From contig JBHELF010000160.1 of the NCBI GenBank assembly GCA_046263155.1, forward strand, positions 2,814 to 66,813: 64,000 bases of DNA, read 5' to 3'. The stretch's first letter is position 1; the number at the start of each line of letters is the position of its first letter. The position numbers and the translations under genes were made by a program. The notes beneath the pieces are model-generated. The model was given only the letters and a program-made list of their open reading frames with translations, ran no database searches and was not told the DNA's origin. This stretch comes from Actinomycetota bacterium (GTDB taxonomy: Bacteria; Actinomycetota; CADDZG01; WHSQ01). This document shows, piece by piece, positions 1 through 9,475 of the stretch.

Positions 1-72
1 CGGCTGCTCTGCATGCGCCAGAGGTCCCACGCCTAATACCAACGCAAAGACGCAGGCAGCTGCTGCCCTCAT
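1..72 (-). CDS. N-terminal end (signal peptide) of a secreted protein continuing off the left edge
   Basis: Reverse strand reads ATG at 72: MRAAAACVFALVLGVGPLAHAEQP..., preceded by GGAG. Only 24 codons are visible. Confidence 0.3.
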   Translation of the reverse strand, partial: MRAAAACVFALVLGVGPLAHAEQP

Positions 73-354
73 TTCGACTCCTTTTCTCGGCGTTCTGATG
101 AGCAAATAGACGCTCGATCGCGGCCCGGGGTTGCACGCCGGGGCAAATACGACCAAGTCTTGTCTCCGGCCGCGACAACCCTTTGCGGTAGGGCTCGTCA
201 TCGGGGGCCTGGCGAAAAGGATTCCGACTCGCTCGCGCGTGCCTGGAGGAGCCCGCGGTCGCGTTCGTTGCGGGCGATCTCTGCGGCAACGCATTTTTCG
301 GAGCCTCTTTTACAGCCAAGGGCTTCTGATCTCGCCTATCGTCGAAGAGCGACA

Positions 355-1110
355 ATGGATGACTCCAGAACGATCCCGAGCGACACGGCCGATGAGGGCG
401 CGGGGGCCTGGCGGGACGATCTGTACTGGTCGGTTCGACGACTGGGCGCGGGCATCGGGGCCGGGTTTCTGGTCGGTCTAATTGTCGGCGGAATCGGCGG
501 TCGCCTGGCGATGTTCGTGCTACGCCTCACCTCGGATCCCCTGCTGAGGGGTGTCGAGACCGACGACGGCTTTCGAATCGGAGCGTTCACGCAGGACACG
601 CTCTTCCTGCTGCTGGTCGGCGGGGCCTTGGGCGTACTCGGCGGTCTCTTCTACTTGACCGTGCGCTCCTGGCTACCGGCAAGGCGGCGACCGCTGTTGA
701 TGGCTGCCTTGGCCGCGACCGTCGGAGGCTCGCTTGTGATCCACCCGGACGGGATCGATTTCCGAGTGCTCGACCCGCTGTCCCTTGCGCTTGCGATGTT
801 CATACTCCTGCCTGGGCTTTACGGGTTCGCCGTGAGTGTGTTGGCGGAGAAGCTTCTGCTGGTCGCGGAAGGTCCACGATTCGCCGGCTTGGTGTGGTCG
901 TGGTTTCCCGTCCTCGCGCTATTCCTGGCCGGCCCGATCGGACTTGTGGTCCTTATCGTGATGGGGTTGGGCTGGGCTTTGAACCGTGTGTCGAACTTCA
1001 CGACTATCTGGACATCACCGGGCATGGCCTGGGTGGGTCGAGGTGCGCTGCTGGCCGGTGGACTATTCGCTCTCTACACGCTTGGCAAGGACATCGCCGA
1101 GCTCGTCTGA
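355..1110 (+). CDS. polytopic membrane protein, unknown function
   Basis: Tracked ORF 160-1110. The region upstream of ATG 355 is Arg/Pro-rich and non-protein-like. From MDDSRT... there are several hydrophobic helices (GFLVGLIVGGIGG, LFLLLVGGALGVLGG, ...). Confidence 0.55.
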   Translation: MDDSRTIPSDTADEGAGAWRDDLYWSVRRLGAGIGAGFLVGLIVGGIGGRLAMFVLRLTSDPLLRGVETDDGFRIGAFTQDTLFLLLVGGALGVLGGLFYLTVRSWLPARRRPLLMAALAATVGGSLVIHPDGIDFRVLDPLSLALAMFILLPGLYGFAVSVLAEKLLLVAEGPRFAGLVWSWFPVLALFLAGPIGLVVLIVMGLGWALNRVSNFTTIWTSPGMAWVGRGALLAGGLFALYTLGKDIAELV

Positions 1111-1206
1111 CTCACGAAACTTCGTACTTGCGGCGGCGGAGCTCATTGGCGCGTTGGCTATCGTCGGAGGTTCGGGGCGTCATCAAGACAACGTCTCATA
1201 CCTCCG

Positions 1207-2847
1207 GTGCGATGCGATGATTCTGCGCGCATGGAACCGCTTGCAAAGGCACGAGAGGCGGTCGCGGCCTACGACTGGCCGACGGCCTACGAAATCCTCA
1301 GCAATACCCGGCCCGAGGATTCGCTCGGCGGCGACGATCTCGATGGCCTCGCCGACGCGGCCTGGTGGCTTGGACACCTCGATGAATCCATCGCCGCGCG
1401 CCAGCAAGCCTTTGAGTCATACACAAGCTCGGGCAACACCGAGCGGGCCGCGCTCGCCGCCCTGTCGGTTTCGCTTCATCTCGGAGATAAAGGCGACGAG
1501 GCCCTCGCCGCGGGCTGGCGGGCGCGCGCCCATCGGCTTGCGGCCGAGGTCCCCGATTCGTTGGCAAAGGGCCTTCTGATCAGCCTGGATGCCGACGCGG
1601 CCTTTCACGCGGGTGACGTCGCCGGGTGCCTCACCATGGCCGGCGAGACGATCGAGATAGGCAATAGGTTGTCGGACGACACTCTCGTCGCGTGGGGAAC
1701 GCATCTAGAGGGCCTCGGCCTCGTTAAGCAGGGACACGTTGCGGAAGGCTGGGCGCGCCTCGAGGAATCGATGGTGGCCGTCTCGACCAAGAATCTGCGT
1801 CCCGTGTGGGCGGGGTTGATGCATTGCGGAATGCTCCTGGCCTGCGAATTGGTCGACGATCCTCGGCGGGGTTGGCAATGGGTCGAAGCGACCGAAGAGT
1901 GGCTGAAGACTTTCCCGAGAGCGGTGCTCTATCGCGGTGTATGTCGCATCCACAAGGTGAGATTCATGCAGCTGAGGGGCGTGTGGTTGGGTGCGGAAGC
2001 CGAGGCTCGGCGAGCCTGCGAGGAACTCGAACGAGTGCATGTCTACACGGCAGCGCGCGGCTACTACGAGATCGCCGAGATCAAGCGGCTCATGGGAGAT
2101 CTAGAGGCCGCCCACGACTATTACCGACGAGCACACGCACTTGGTTGGGATCCGCAGCCGGGTCTAGCTCGCCTGCGGCTCGCGCAGGGAAGGATGGAAG
2201 CCGCCGTTGCCGGCATTCGGCGCGCACTGGACGAGGCGCGAGATCGGCCGGCGCGTGCAGCGCTCCTGCCTCACCAGATCGATATCGCCTTGGCGGCGGG
2301 TGATCTACCCACTGCAGAGGAGGCGGCCGAGGAGCTGAGCGTGATCGCGTCGGATTATCAGAGTCCCGGCATGACCGCCGGCGCGGCGAGTGGAAAGGGG
2401 ACGGTGCTTCTGGCCAAGGGCGATCCCAAAGCGGCGTTGATGGAGCTGCGAAAGGCGATCGCGGCATGGTTGGAGCTGGACTGCCCCTATGAGCTGGCTC
2501 GCTCCCGTCTTCTTTCGGCAACTGCACATCGAGAGCTCGGCGATGAAGATGGGGCAGCGATGGAACTCGAGGCCGCACGAGAAACCTTTGTGCGCTTGGG
2601 TGCAACACCGGCCGCACAGCGCGCCGCCGAGTTGCTGGGGGGTTCCGAGCATCCGGGTGGATTGAGTGCCCGGGAGCTCGAGGTCCTGCGCCTCGTCGCC
2701 GCAGGTAAGTCAAACAAGGAGATCGCAAAGGAACTCTTCATCAGCGAGAACACCGTGGCACGGCACATGTCGCACATCCTGGCCAAGCTGGACGTGCCGT
2801 CGCGAGCTGCCGCCACCACGTTCGCTCTGAAGCACAACCTCGTGTGA
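1207..2847 (+). CDS. LuxR-family transcriptional regulator with a large helical (TPR/MalT-like) N-terminal domain
   Basis: C-terminal LSARELEVLRLVAAGKSNKEIAKELFISENTVARHMSHILAKLDV is a classic LuxR/GerE HTH. The start may be ATG 1231 (MEPLAK). Confidence 0.85.
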   Translation: MRCDDSARMEPLAKAREAVAAYDWPTAYEILSNTRPEDSLGGDDLDGLADAAWWLGHLDESIAARQQAFESYTSSGNTERAALAALSVSLHLGDKGDEALAAGWRARAHRLAAEVPDSLAKGLLISLDADAAFHAGDVAGCLTMAGETIEIGNRLSDDTLVAWGTHLEGLGLVKQGHVAEGWARLEESMVAVSTKNLRPVWAGLMHCGMLLACELVDDPRRGWQWVEATEEWLKTFPRAVLYRGVCRIHKVRFMQLRGVWLGAEAEARRACEELERVHVYTAARGYYEIAEIKRLMGDLEAAHDYYRRAHALGWDPQPGLARLRLAQGRMEAAVAGIRRALDEARDRPARAALLPHQIDIALAAGDLPTAEEAAEELSVIASDYQSPGMTAGAASGKGTVLLAKGDPKAALMELRKAIAAWLELDCPYELARSRLLSATAHRELGDEDGAAMELEAARETFVRLGATPAAQRAAELLGGSEHPGGLSARELEVLRLVAAGKSNKEIAKELFISENTVARHMSHILAKLDVPSRAAATTFALKHNLV

Positions 2848-2984
2848 GGCGCGGGCCGTAACCAAAAATAGTCATGCCCTCCCGTCCGCAAATAGTCATT
2901 CGCCGCGATGCGACCGGCATCCCTTCTCTCTAGCGTGAGCCAGAGCCCGGTCGTGGGATCGGGCAGGAGCAGGAGGTGGCGCGA

Positions 2985-3239
2985 ATGCCGTTGTTCATGG
3001 ACGTACACGAGAAGCTCCCCGACGGTGCCACGGCGGCCGATGTTGCCGGCGCTCACGAGGCGGATCTGAAGATCCAGGATGCCCATGGCGTGAAGTACCT
3101 GCGCTATTGGGTGGACGAGAAAGCCGGCAAGGTCTTCTGCCTGGTGGACGCCCCTAACGCCGACGCCGCGATTGCCGTACATCGCGAGGCACACGGCCTG
3201 CTGGCCGACAACATCTTCGAGGTCCTCGAGGGCGAGTAG
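2985..3239 (+). CDS. small DUF4242/SCO4226-like protein
   Basis: MPLFMDVH...VKYLRYWVDEKAGKVFCLVDAPNADAAIAVHREAHG pattern. AGGAGG at 2971-2976 lies 8 nt before ATG 2985. Confidence 0.7.
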   Translation: MPLFMDVHEKLPDGATAADVAGAHEADLKIQDAHGVKYLRYWVDEKAGKVFCLVDAPNADAAIAVHREAHGLLADNIFEVLEGE

Positions 3240-3317
3240 TCCCGAGACCTTATGGGGGCCGGGCAACCCGACCGGCCCCCTCGGCGTCCTCTCCATAGAG
3301 CTAGGGGAGGAGAACTC

Positions 3318-4541
3318 ATGCTGAAGAGTCGGCGCGCGGTCCTGATGCTTGGACTTTCGTCGGCCGTCCTCGGGTCGCTTGCGTGCGGAGCCCCGCCGCG
3401 GGAGGCGGCCGCCGACCGGCTCCTACTTCAGACCTCGAGGGGCGTAATTATCGTCGAGCCCGGAGCTTCGCAGCCCGCGTTTCGTGCGCCTTTTGCCCTG
3501 CCTTCCCAGGATTGGTCAACCATCGTTCGTTCCGCATTCACGGGTCACTCGACCACCCTGCGCGCCGTCGATCCCGAATCCGGACGCCAGAAATGGGGCC
3601 GGATCTTGGGGCGCAATCTGAATCTGAAGGTTGTGTCGGGAGACGGCAGAACGGCTGCGTTGTCGCCGGCGCGTGAGCGCTACTACCTGTACGGGCGCCC
3701 GAGTACAACGCTCCTCATCACGGGCGAGGACTTCCCCACGCCGCAAAAGATCGAGCTCGATGGCAACTACGAGCCCGAGGCGTTCTCAACCGATGGGCAG
3801 AGCCTGTTCGTCCTTCAATATCGTCCCGCTCGCCTGCCCACTCGCTATCAGGTGAGACGCCTGGATCTGCGAAGCGAGAAGGTAATGGGCGTCTACACGC
3901 CCGACGCGGACCTTCAGGAGTCGATGCGGGGGACCGCCCGGGTGCAGGCAACGAGCCCCGAGGGCACGCGGCTGTACACGCTGTACACGGTGGGAAGAGG
4001 CGACGACCGACGAGCGTTCATCCACGTTCTCAACCTCGAGGAGCTCTGGGCTCACTGCATCGATCTGCCGACGGGGTTCGCGGACGAAGCAGAGTCCGCC
4101 ACGGCACTCACATCATCTCCCGACGGTAGGCGCCTCTACGTGGCCAATGCGGCGGCGGAGGCCGTTGCCGAAATCGACACGCAGCGGCTTACAACGGTGC
4201 GCACAGGCGAGCTCAACTTCGCGCCTGGGTCTCAGACCCATGCCCTACACGGAGAAAGAGACACGCTGTTCTTCGCCAGGGGTGATCGGGTGACGATGGT
4301 GGACGCGGTCACGCTCACGCAGAAAAGATTGTGGCTTGTCGACGAGAAGGTTCGTGGCCTCCAACTGGGACGCGCTGGGCAGCTCTACGTGGCCCTCAAA
4401 GAGAGCATCGTCATGATCGACCTCAAAACTGGGGACCGGCTCCGTACCTTTGACCCTCCCGGGATCAAACGCATCGCGCAATTCGGCCGTACTCCCCGAG
4501 CCCTGGACGACGATCTAAGCAAGATCAGCTGCGCCTGTTGA
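3318..4541 (+). CDS. lipoprotein with beta-propeller (YncE/YVTN-like) repeats
   Basis: MLKSRRAVLMLGLSSAVLGSLACG lipobox after GGGGAGGAG. Repeats such as SPDGRRLYVANAAAEAVAEIDT and SPEGTRLYTLY. Confidence 0.75.
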   Translation: MLKSRRAVLMLGLSSAVLGSLACGAPPREAAADRLLLQTSRGVIIVEPGASQPAFRAPFALPSQDWSTIVRSAFTGHSTTLRAVDPESGRQKWGRILGRNLNLKVVSGDGRTAALSPARERYYLYGRPSTTLLITGEDFPTPQKIELDGNYEPEAFSTDGQSLFVLQYRPARLPTRYQVRRLDLRSEKVMGVYTPDADLQESMRGTARVQATSPEGTRLYTLYTVGRGDDRRAFIHVLNLEELWAHCIDLPTGFADEAESATALTSSPDGRRLYVANAAAEAVAEIDTQRLTTVRTGELNFAPGSQTHALHGERDTLFFARGDRVTMVDAVTLTQKRLWLVDEKVRGLQLGRAGQLYVALKESIVMIDLKTGDRLRTFDPPGIKRIAQFGRTPRALDDDLSKISCAC

Positions 4542-4563
4542 GCGAACCGGGCATCATGGCGTC

Positions 4564-5139
4564 ATGCTTCTCGACGCCTTCATGCCCGGTCATGACTTTT
4601 TCGAAAGACACGAAATCCTTGTGCGCGCGTCTCCCGCGGATGCATATCGTGCGATTCGCAACGTGGACTTCGGTCGGTCCTTCCCGATTGCCGTCCTGCT
4701 CGCAGTAAGGGGACTTCCTCACTTCCTTACGAGAAAGCTGCCCTCCTCCCGGCATGTGACCCTGGATTACATCCTTCAAGCAGGGTTCGTGGTTCTGGCG
4801 GAGGCGGAACAGTCAGAACTTGTTCTAGGTGCAGTGGGGAAGTTCTGGCGTCTGGACAGCGGTTTTGTGGCGATACGTCCAGAGGACTTCACCGCGTTCA
4901 ACACGCCGGGGTATGCCAAGGCGGTCTTGAACTTTACGGCCGAGGAGAACTCCCCAAAGGGCTGCCTCGTAACAACCGAGACGCGAATTGTTTGCACAGA
5001 TGCGGCCTCGAAGCGCAAGTTCGCCCTCTACTGGAAGTTGATCGGGCCTTTCAGCGGCCTCATCCGAGGTTGGGCTCTCGGACTTATCCGCGCCGACGCT
5101 GAGGCTCTGGCTTCCGCGCGCGAGTCCGCAAGCGGATAA
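4564..5139 (+). CDS. hypothetical protein, SRPBCC-like
   Basis: Coding-like 191-aa ORF with no competing gene. The fold assignment is from memory only. Confidence 0.55.
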   Translation: MLLDAFMPGHDFFERHEILVRASPADAYRAIRNVDFGRSFPIAVLLAVRGLPHFLTRKLPSSRHVTLDYILQAGFVVLAEAEQSELVLGAVGKFWRLDSGFVAIRPEDFTAFNTPGYAKAVLNFTAEENSPKGCLVTTETRIVCTDAASKRKFALYWKLIGPFSGLIRGWALGLIRADAEALASARESASG

Positions 5140-5163
5140 TGCCCCCGTGAGAAAGCGCAGCTG

Positions 5164-6489
5164 ATGGTTCCGAAGACGCGCTACGCCGCGAACGGCTCGG
5201 TCAACCTCGCCTACCAGGTGATCGGAGAGGGGCCGCTCGACCTCGTCTTCGTTCCTCCGGGTGTCTCCAACCTCGAGTACTACTGGGAGGAGCCGAGTTG
5301 CGACCGGTTCTTCACGCGGCTTGCTTCCTTCGCTCGCCTGATCCTGTTCGACAAGCGCGGCGCAGGGCTCTCGGACCCGATCATCGATCGTCCCTCTCTG
5401 CACGATCTAACAGGGGATATCGAGGCGGTCCTGGATACATGTGATTCGGAGTCGGCCGCCCTGTTGGGCGCTCTCTGGGGCGGTCCGCAGGCGATCTCCT
5501 TTGCAGCTACTCGCCCGGGACGCACTACCGCTTTGATCCTTTACGGGACGTTTGCGACGCGAACGCGGAGCGATGACTATCCGTGGGCGCCGACCGCGGA
5601 GGAGCGTCGGCGCAACCTAGCTTCTTTTACCGAGGGTTGGACCGAAGGCGGCGACCTCGAGCACGTCGCTCCATCGATGGCCGACGACGAGCGTTTCCGG
5701 CAGTGGTGGGCTCGCATGCGCCGCTTCGCAGCAAGTCCGGGCGCGCTTCGCAATGACGTGGACATGATGGCCGAGCTGGACGTGCGGGGTGAATTAGATC
5801 AAGTAAAGGTTCCGACTCTGGTCGTCCATCGGTCGGGCGACCGGTTGATCGAGCCGGCAAACGGCCGCTATCTCGCCGAGCACATCCCGGGGGCGCGCCA
5901 CGTAGAGCTGGCGGGCGATGACCATCTTCCTTTTGTCGGAGATTCCGAGGCGATCGTGGATCAGATAGAGGAGTTCCTCACGGGGGCGGCGCCCCGGAAA
6001 CGCTTCGAGCGAGTCCTCGCGACCGTGATGTTCACGGACATCTGTGGATCCACGGCTCGTGCCGATGCAATGGGGGATCGGCGCTGGCGTGACCTTCTCG
6101 AGGCCCATCATTCTGTTGTCCGCAAGTTGCTGGATCGATTCGGGGGTCGCGAGATCAAGACAATCGGGGACGCGTTCATGGTTGCATTCGACGCGCCCGC
6201 GGGAGCCATTCGCTGCGCGCAGGCGATCCGGGATGGGGTTCAACCCCTCGGGATCCAGATCAAAGCCGGCCTTCACACGGGTGAATGCGAAGTCATGGGC
6301 GAGGACCTGGGGGGAATGACCGTCCACATCGCTTCCCGAGTAGTGGAACGGGCGGCCCCCGGCGAGGTCCTGGTCTCGCGCACGTTGAAGGAGCTCGTTC
6401 CCGGTTCTGGGCTCGAATTCCGACCCCGAGGCGCGCACGAGCTGAAGGGCGTTCCCGGTGAGTGGGAACTCTTTGCCGTCGCCGACTAA
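5164..6489 (+). CDS. alpha/beta-hydrolase domain fused to a class III adenylate/guanylate cyclase domain (LipJ/Rv1900c-like architecture)
   Basis: N-terminal alpha/beta-hydrolase pattern (VFVPPG..., LILFDKRGAGLSD, HRSGDRLI). C-terminal ATVMFTDICGSTA...IKTIGDAFMVAF...KAGLHTGECE...GMTVHIASRV cyclase motifs. Confidence 0.85.
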   Translation: MVPKTRYAANGSVNLAYQVIGEGPLDLVFVPPGVSNLEYYWEEPSCDRFFTRLASFARLILFDKRGAGLSDPIIDRPSLHDLTGDIEAVLDTCDSESAALLGALWGGPQAISFAATRPGRTTALILYGTFATRTRSDDYPWAPTAEERRRNLASFTEGWTEGGDLEHVAPSMADDERFRQWWARMRRFAASPGALRNDVDMMAELDVRGELDQVKVPTLVVHRSGDRLIEPANGRYLAEHIPGARHVELAGDDHLPFVGDSEAIVDQIEEFLTGAAPRKRFERVLATVMFTDICGSTARADAMGDRRWRDLLEAHHSVVRKLLDRFGGREIKTIGDAFMVAFDAPAGAIRCAQAIRDGVQPLGIQIKAGLHTGECEVMGEDLGGMTVHIASRVVERAAPGEVLVSRTLKELVPGSGLEFRPRGAHELKGVPGEWELFAVAD

Positions 6490-6497
6490 CCGTTGAC

Positions 6498-7139
6498 TTA
6501 CTTCTTCTTGGCGAAGGCCCCGAGGGTTAGCTGAGTGCTGCCGTCTGCCGGGTAGAAACCGTGGAACAAACTGTTTCCGGTGTTCTTGAGAGTCAGGGTG
6601 AGGCTGTCTAATACCTTGCCGTTGGCGGCCTCGTCGGGCGTGATCTCGAACTCGACTACGTAGTCCCTCTGCGCGGGAGTAACCGTGTAAGGCTCGCTGA
6701 CGAACTCGCCGATGGTCACGTCCTGGCCGCCCGCGGTTCCGGTAAGCGTCATCTGCAGGACGGCCTGGCCGATCCCGACGACATCCGGTCCGTCCGTCGC
6801 CAGGTTGTACGAACTGGCGGTAACCGAACCCGTAATCGGCTTGGAGGCATCCAAAGTGAGCGGAAGACCGTCGACTGCGATGTGAGGCATCGGGTCCGCG
6901 CCTAGGGGCGACGCCGGTTCGAGGATGCCGAAGAAGGGGTTGCCGCAGCCGCCGTCGCCCTCGCTTTGCGTCAGCGTCAGGTTGCCGCAGGCGTCCCCCG
7001 AACCCACGTTGTAAAAGGTCACCTCTACGGGCACAAGCTTGGGCTTCTTCTTCGCCTGCGCGGGCGCCATGACCGTCATCAGCGCGAGCACCAGAACCGC
7101 CGCTGCTGTTTTACGCATGCCGGGCCTCCTTGTTCGCAA
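6498..7139 (-). CDS. secreted protein, unrecognised family (paralog A)
   Basis: Signal peptide MRKTAAAVLVLALMTVMAPAQA. Alignable over its full length with the next gene (GDACG, GCGNPFFG, DGLPLTLD, DVVGIGQ, IGEFVS.PYT.TPA.RDY, FHGFYPADGST). Confidence 0.75.
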   Translation of the reverse strand: MRTRRPGMRKTAAAVLVLALMTVMAPAQAKKKPKLVPVEVTFYNVGSGDACGNLTLTQSEGDGGCGNPFFGILEPASPLGADPMPHIAVDGLPLTLDASKPITGSVTASSYNLATDGPDVVGIGQAVLQMTLTGTAGGQDVTIGEFVSEPYTVTPAQRDYVVEFEITPDEAANGKVLDSLTLTLKNTGNSLFHGFYPADGSTQLTLGAFAKKK

Positions 7140-7209
7140 CCTCTGCCTTTCAGTACGGAAAATTGGGCGATGTGGGTTACCGCCGAAGGAACTATTCGGC
7201 GCCGATGGC

Positions 7210-7839
7210 CTAGTTCCTCAATATTCCGAGGTTCACGTGGGTGGACCCATCCGCGGGATAGAAGCCGTGGAACACACTGCGACCGGATGTCCTCAATTTG
7301 AGATTGAGCCCTTCGACAATTCTTCCCGACAGCCACCAAGGAGGCTCCATGTGGAAGTTGATCGTGTAATCGCGGGCGGCCGGCGTGATCGTGTAGGGGT
7401 CGCTGACGAACTCTCCGATCTTTACGTCTTCGCCATCGATCGAACCCACAAGCGTGACCTCCAGCACCGGTTGGCCGATGCCGACGACATCCTTTCGGGC
7501 TATTCCGACGACGAGGTACGACCTCACAGTGACCGACCCGTTGATCTCACTTGACCCGTCGAGAGTGAATGGAAGCCCGTCAATGGCCAGGTGAGTCATC
7601 CTTCGCGCCGTGTCGCGTGATGCAGGCGCGAGCAATCCGTAGAAAGGATTGCCGCACCCATCCGTCGTCCGGCTTGGACTGCGGCTCCTAATAGAGAGAG
7701 CGCCGCAGGCGTCCCCCCTGCTCACGAGGTAGTACGTCAATCGATCGGGAACCGATGTATTCGTCTCGTTTCCGACTGCGGGTGCGGCTCCCGCCGCGAA
7801 CACGATAAGCAACCAAAGGGATGTAAGGCCCCGCCGCAT
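7210..7839 (-). CDS. secreted protein, unrecognised family (paralog B)
   Basis: Signal peptide MRRGLTSLWLLIVFAAGAAPAVG. Same conserved blocks as 6498-7139. Confidence 0.75.
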   Translation of the reverse strand: MRRGLTSLWLLIVFAAGAAPAVGNETNTSVPDRLTYYLVSRGDACGALSIRSRSPSRTTDGCGNPFYGLLAPASRDTARRMTHLAIDGLPFTLDGSSEINGSVTVRSYLVVGIARKDVVGIGQPVLEVTLVGSIDGEDVKIGEFVSDPYTITPAARDYTINFHMEPPWWLSGRIVEGLNLKLRTSGRSVFHGFYPADGSTHVNLGILRN

Positions 7840-7978
7840 CCATCCTCCCCACTCGGATAGGCGGGGGCGACATTAGCGGCTCATGACAATGCTGAAAAGT
7901 CTGGGGGGAACCATTCTTGGCAGCCGGCCGTCCAAGCCCCCAGATGCTTGTTTCGTTGGTCGAGGAAGGGTGATCTGG

Positions 7979-9025
7979 ATGCGTCGATGGATTTTTGCAG
8001 CGGCAACGAGCGCCCTGCTGGCACTAGCCGGCCCCTCAGTCGCGTTGGCCTGTGGGGGCCTCGTGGCGCCCAACGGCTCCGTGAACCTTGTGCGCACCGC
8101 GACCCTGGCCGCGTATCGAAATGGCGTTGAGCATTACGTGACGTCCTTTCAATTCGAGGGGAACCTGAAGGGCAAATTCGGCTCCATCATTCCTCTGCCG
8201 GCAATCCCTTCGCGCGTGCGTCGCGGCGGCGAATGGACCCTCCAGCGCCTCCTGCAGGAAGTCGCACCCCCGATACGGAGGACGTCGCTGGAAAGTGCCG
8301 ACTTCGCGGTCGCCGCGAATCAAGCTCAGGTCATCCTGGAAAAGCAGATCGAATCACTCGACGTCGCCGTTCTGAAGGGGGGAGGCGACGAGGTCGGGCT
8401 CTGGGCCAAGAACAACGGGTTCTTCCTTCCGCCGGACGCGCCCGAGGTGCTGGACTTCTACGCTGCTCGCAGCCCGATCTTCATGGCGGTTCGTTTCGAC
8501 GCAGACCGTGCTCGGGAGCAAGGTCTCACTTCGGGCGACGGCATTCCGGTCCACGTGACCATTCCGACGCCCAACCCATGGGTCCCTCTGAGGATCCTCG
8601 GACTGGGCAAGGAAGCTGAGGAACGCGTTGAGGCGGATGTCTTTCTTCTCACCGAGGGTGCGCCCACGATGCTTCCCGCGCCGCGTAAGAACGCAAGCGA
8701 GGGATTGATCCTCGATCGGCAGGAGCTGGCGAGCGAATCGCTATTAGCAGACCTCCGCTCCGACCGCGGCATGAAGTGGTTGCCCACCGACGGGATGTGG
8801 CTGAGCTACATCAAGATCGATACGACTGCCGGAGACCTGAAGCATGATCTGGCCGTCGACTCCTTGGGGATCGCCGATCCCTCTCCTGTGGCCGCGGGGC
8901 TCGTCTTGCCCGATCTCAACTTCGAGACACCGGAGGGTTCCACGGGTTGGTGGGCTTGGCTCTTGGCGGCCCTGAGCGGTGCCGCCGGGCTGGTCTTCGT
9001 GGATCGGTTTGTTCTCGGCCGATGA
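7979..9025 (+). CDS. secreted, C-terminally membrane-anchored protein (DUF2330-like)
   Basis: ATG 7979 after GAGGAAGGG. MRRWIFAAATSALLALAGPSVALACGG signal peptide and a C-terminal TM (WWAWLLAALSGAAGLVFV). The DUF2330 resemblance is from memory. Confidence 0.7.
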   Translation: MRRWIFAAATSALLALAGPSVALACGGLVAPNGSVNLVRTATLAAYRNGVEHYVTSFQFEGNLKGKFGSIIPLPAIPSRVRRGGEWTLQRLLQEVAPPIRRTSLESADFAVAANQAQVILEKQIESLDVAVLKGGGDEVGLWAKNNGFFLPPDAPEVLDFYAARSPIFMAVRFDADRAREQGLTSGDGIPVHVTIPTPNPWVPLRILGLGKEAEERVEADVFLLTEGAPTMLPAPRKNASEGLILDRQELASESLLADLRSDRGMKWLPTDGMWLSYIKIDTTAGDLKHDLAVDSLGIADPSPVAAGLVLPDLNFETPEGSTGWWAWLLAALSGAAGLVFVDRFVLGR

Positions 9026-9420
9026 GATGGTTGGTGGCCTTACTCGCCGCTACGAGCGCGGTGCTGGTTGCCTGCACCGCGGACGCCGGGACCGCCGGGA
9101 AGCAGGTCGATGTAGGAATCGAGCATTCACGCTTTGAGCCTGCAACTTTCGAATTCGCTGCGGGGACTACGGTGACGTTCGTGGTCAGAAACACCGATCC
9201 CATCGATCATGAATTCATCCTGGGCGATGTGGCCACTCAGGAGCGTCACGAGGCCGGCAGGCACGCGAGACACGGAGCCGTCCCAGGTGAGATTTCAGTG
9301 CCGGCTGGGTCAACCCGGATGACGACGTACACCTTCGTGCGCCCCGGCCGGCTCATCATCGGCTGTCACCTGCCAAAGCACTATGCCTATGGAATGCGTG
9401 CCGACGTGCGCGTGACGTAA
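9022..9420 (+). CDS. cupredoxin (plastocyanin-like type-1 copper) lipoprotein
   Basis: ATGA overlap with the upstream stop. Lipobox LVAC. Copper ligands DHEF...GCHLPKHYAYGM (His, Cys-x4-His-x4-Met). Confidence 0.75.
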   Translation: MRWLVALLAATSAVLVACTADAGTAGKQVDVGIEHSRFEPATFEFAAGTTVTFVVRNTDPIDHEFILGDVATQERHEAGRHARHGAVPGEISVPAGSTRMTTYTFVRPGRLIIGCHLPKHYAYGMRADVRVT

Positions 9421-9475
9421 CTCGTATGCTGCTCGAAGCCGCCTCTCTGCGCCGAGGTGAAGTCGAACGGAAACA

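Noticed and set aside
5164-6489. A link between the class III cyclase and the DUF5706/Pycsar-TM-like protein at 37507-37968, as a Pycsar-type system.
   Set aside because: The genes are 31 kb apart. The cyclase has the LipJ-like hydrolase-fusion architecture of housekeeping actinobacterial cyclases. Adjacency is required for such a call.
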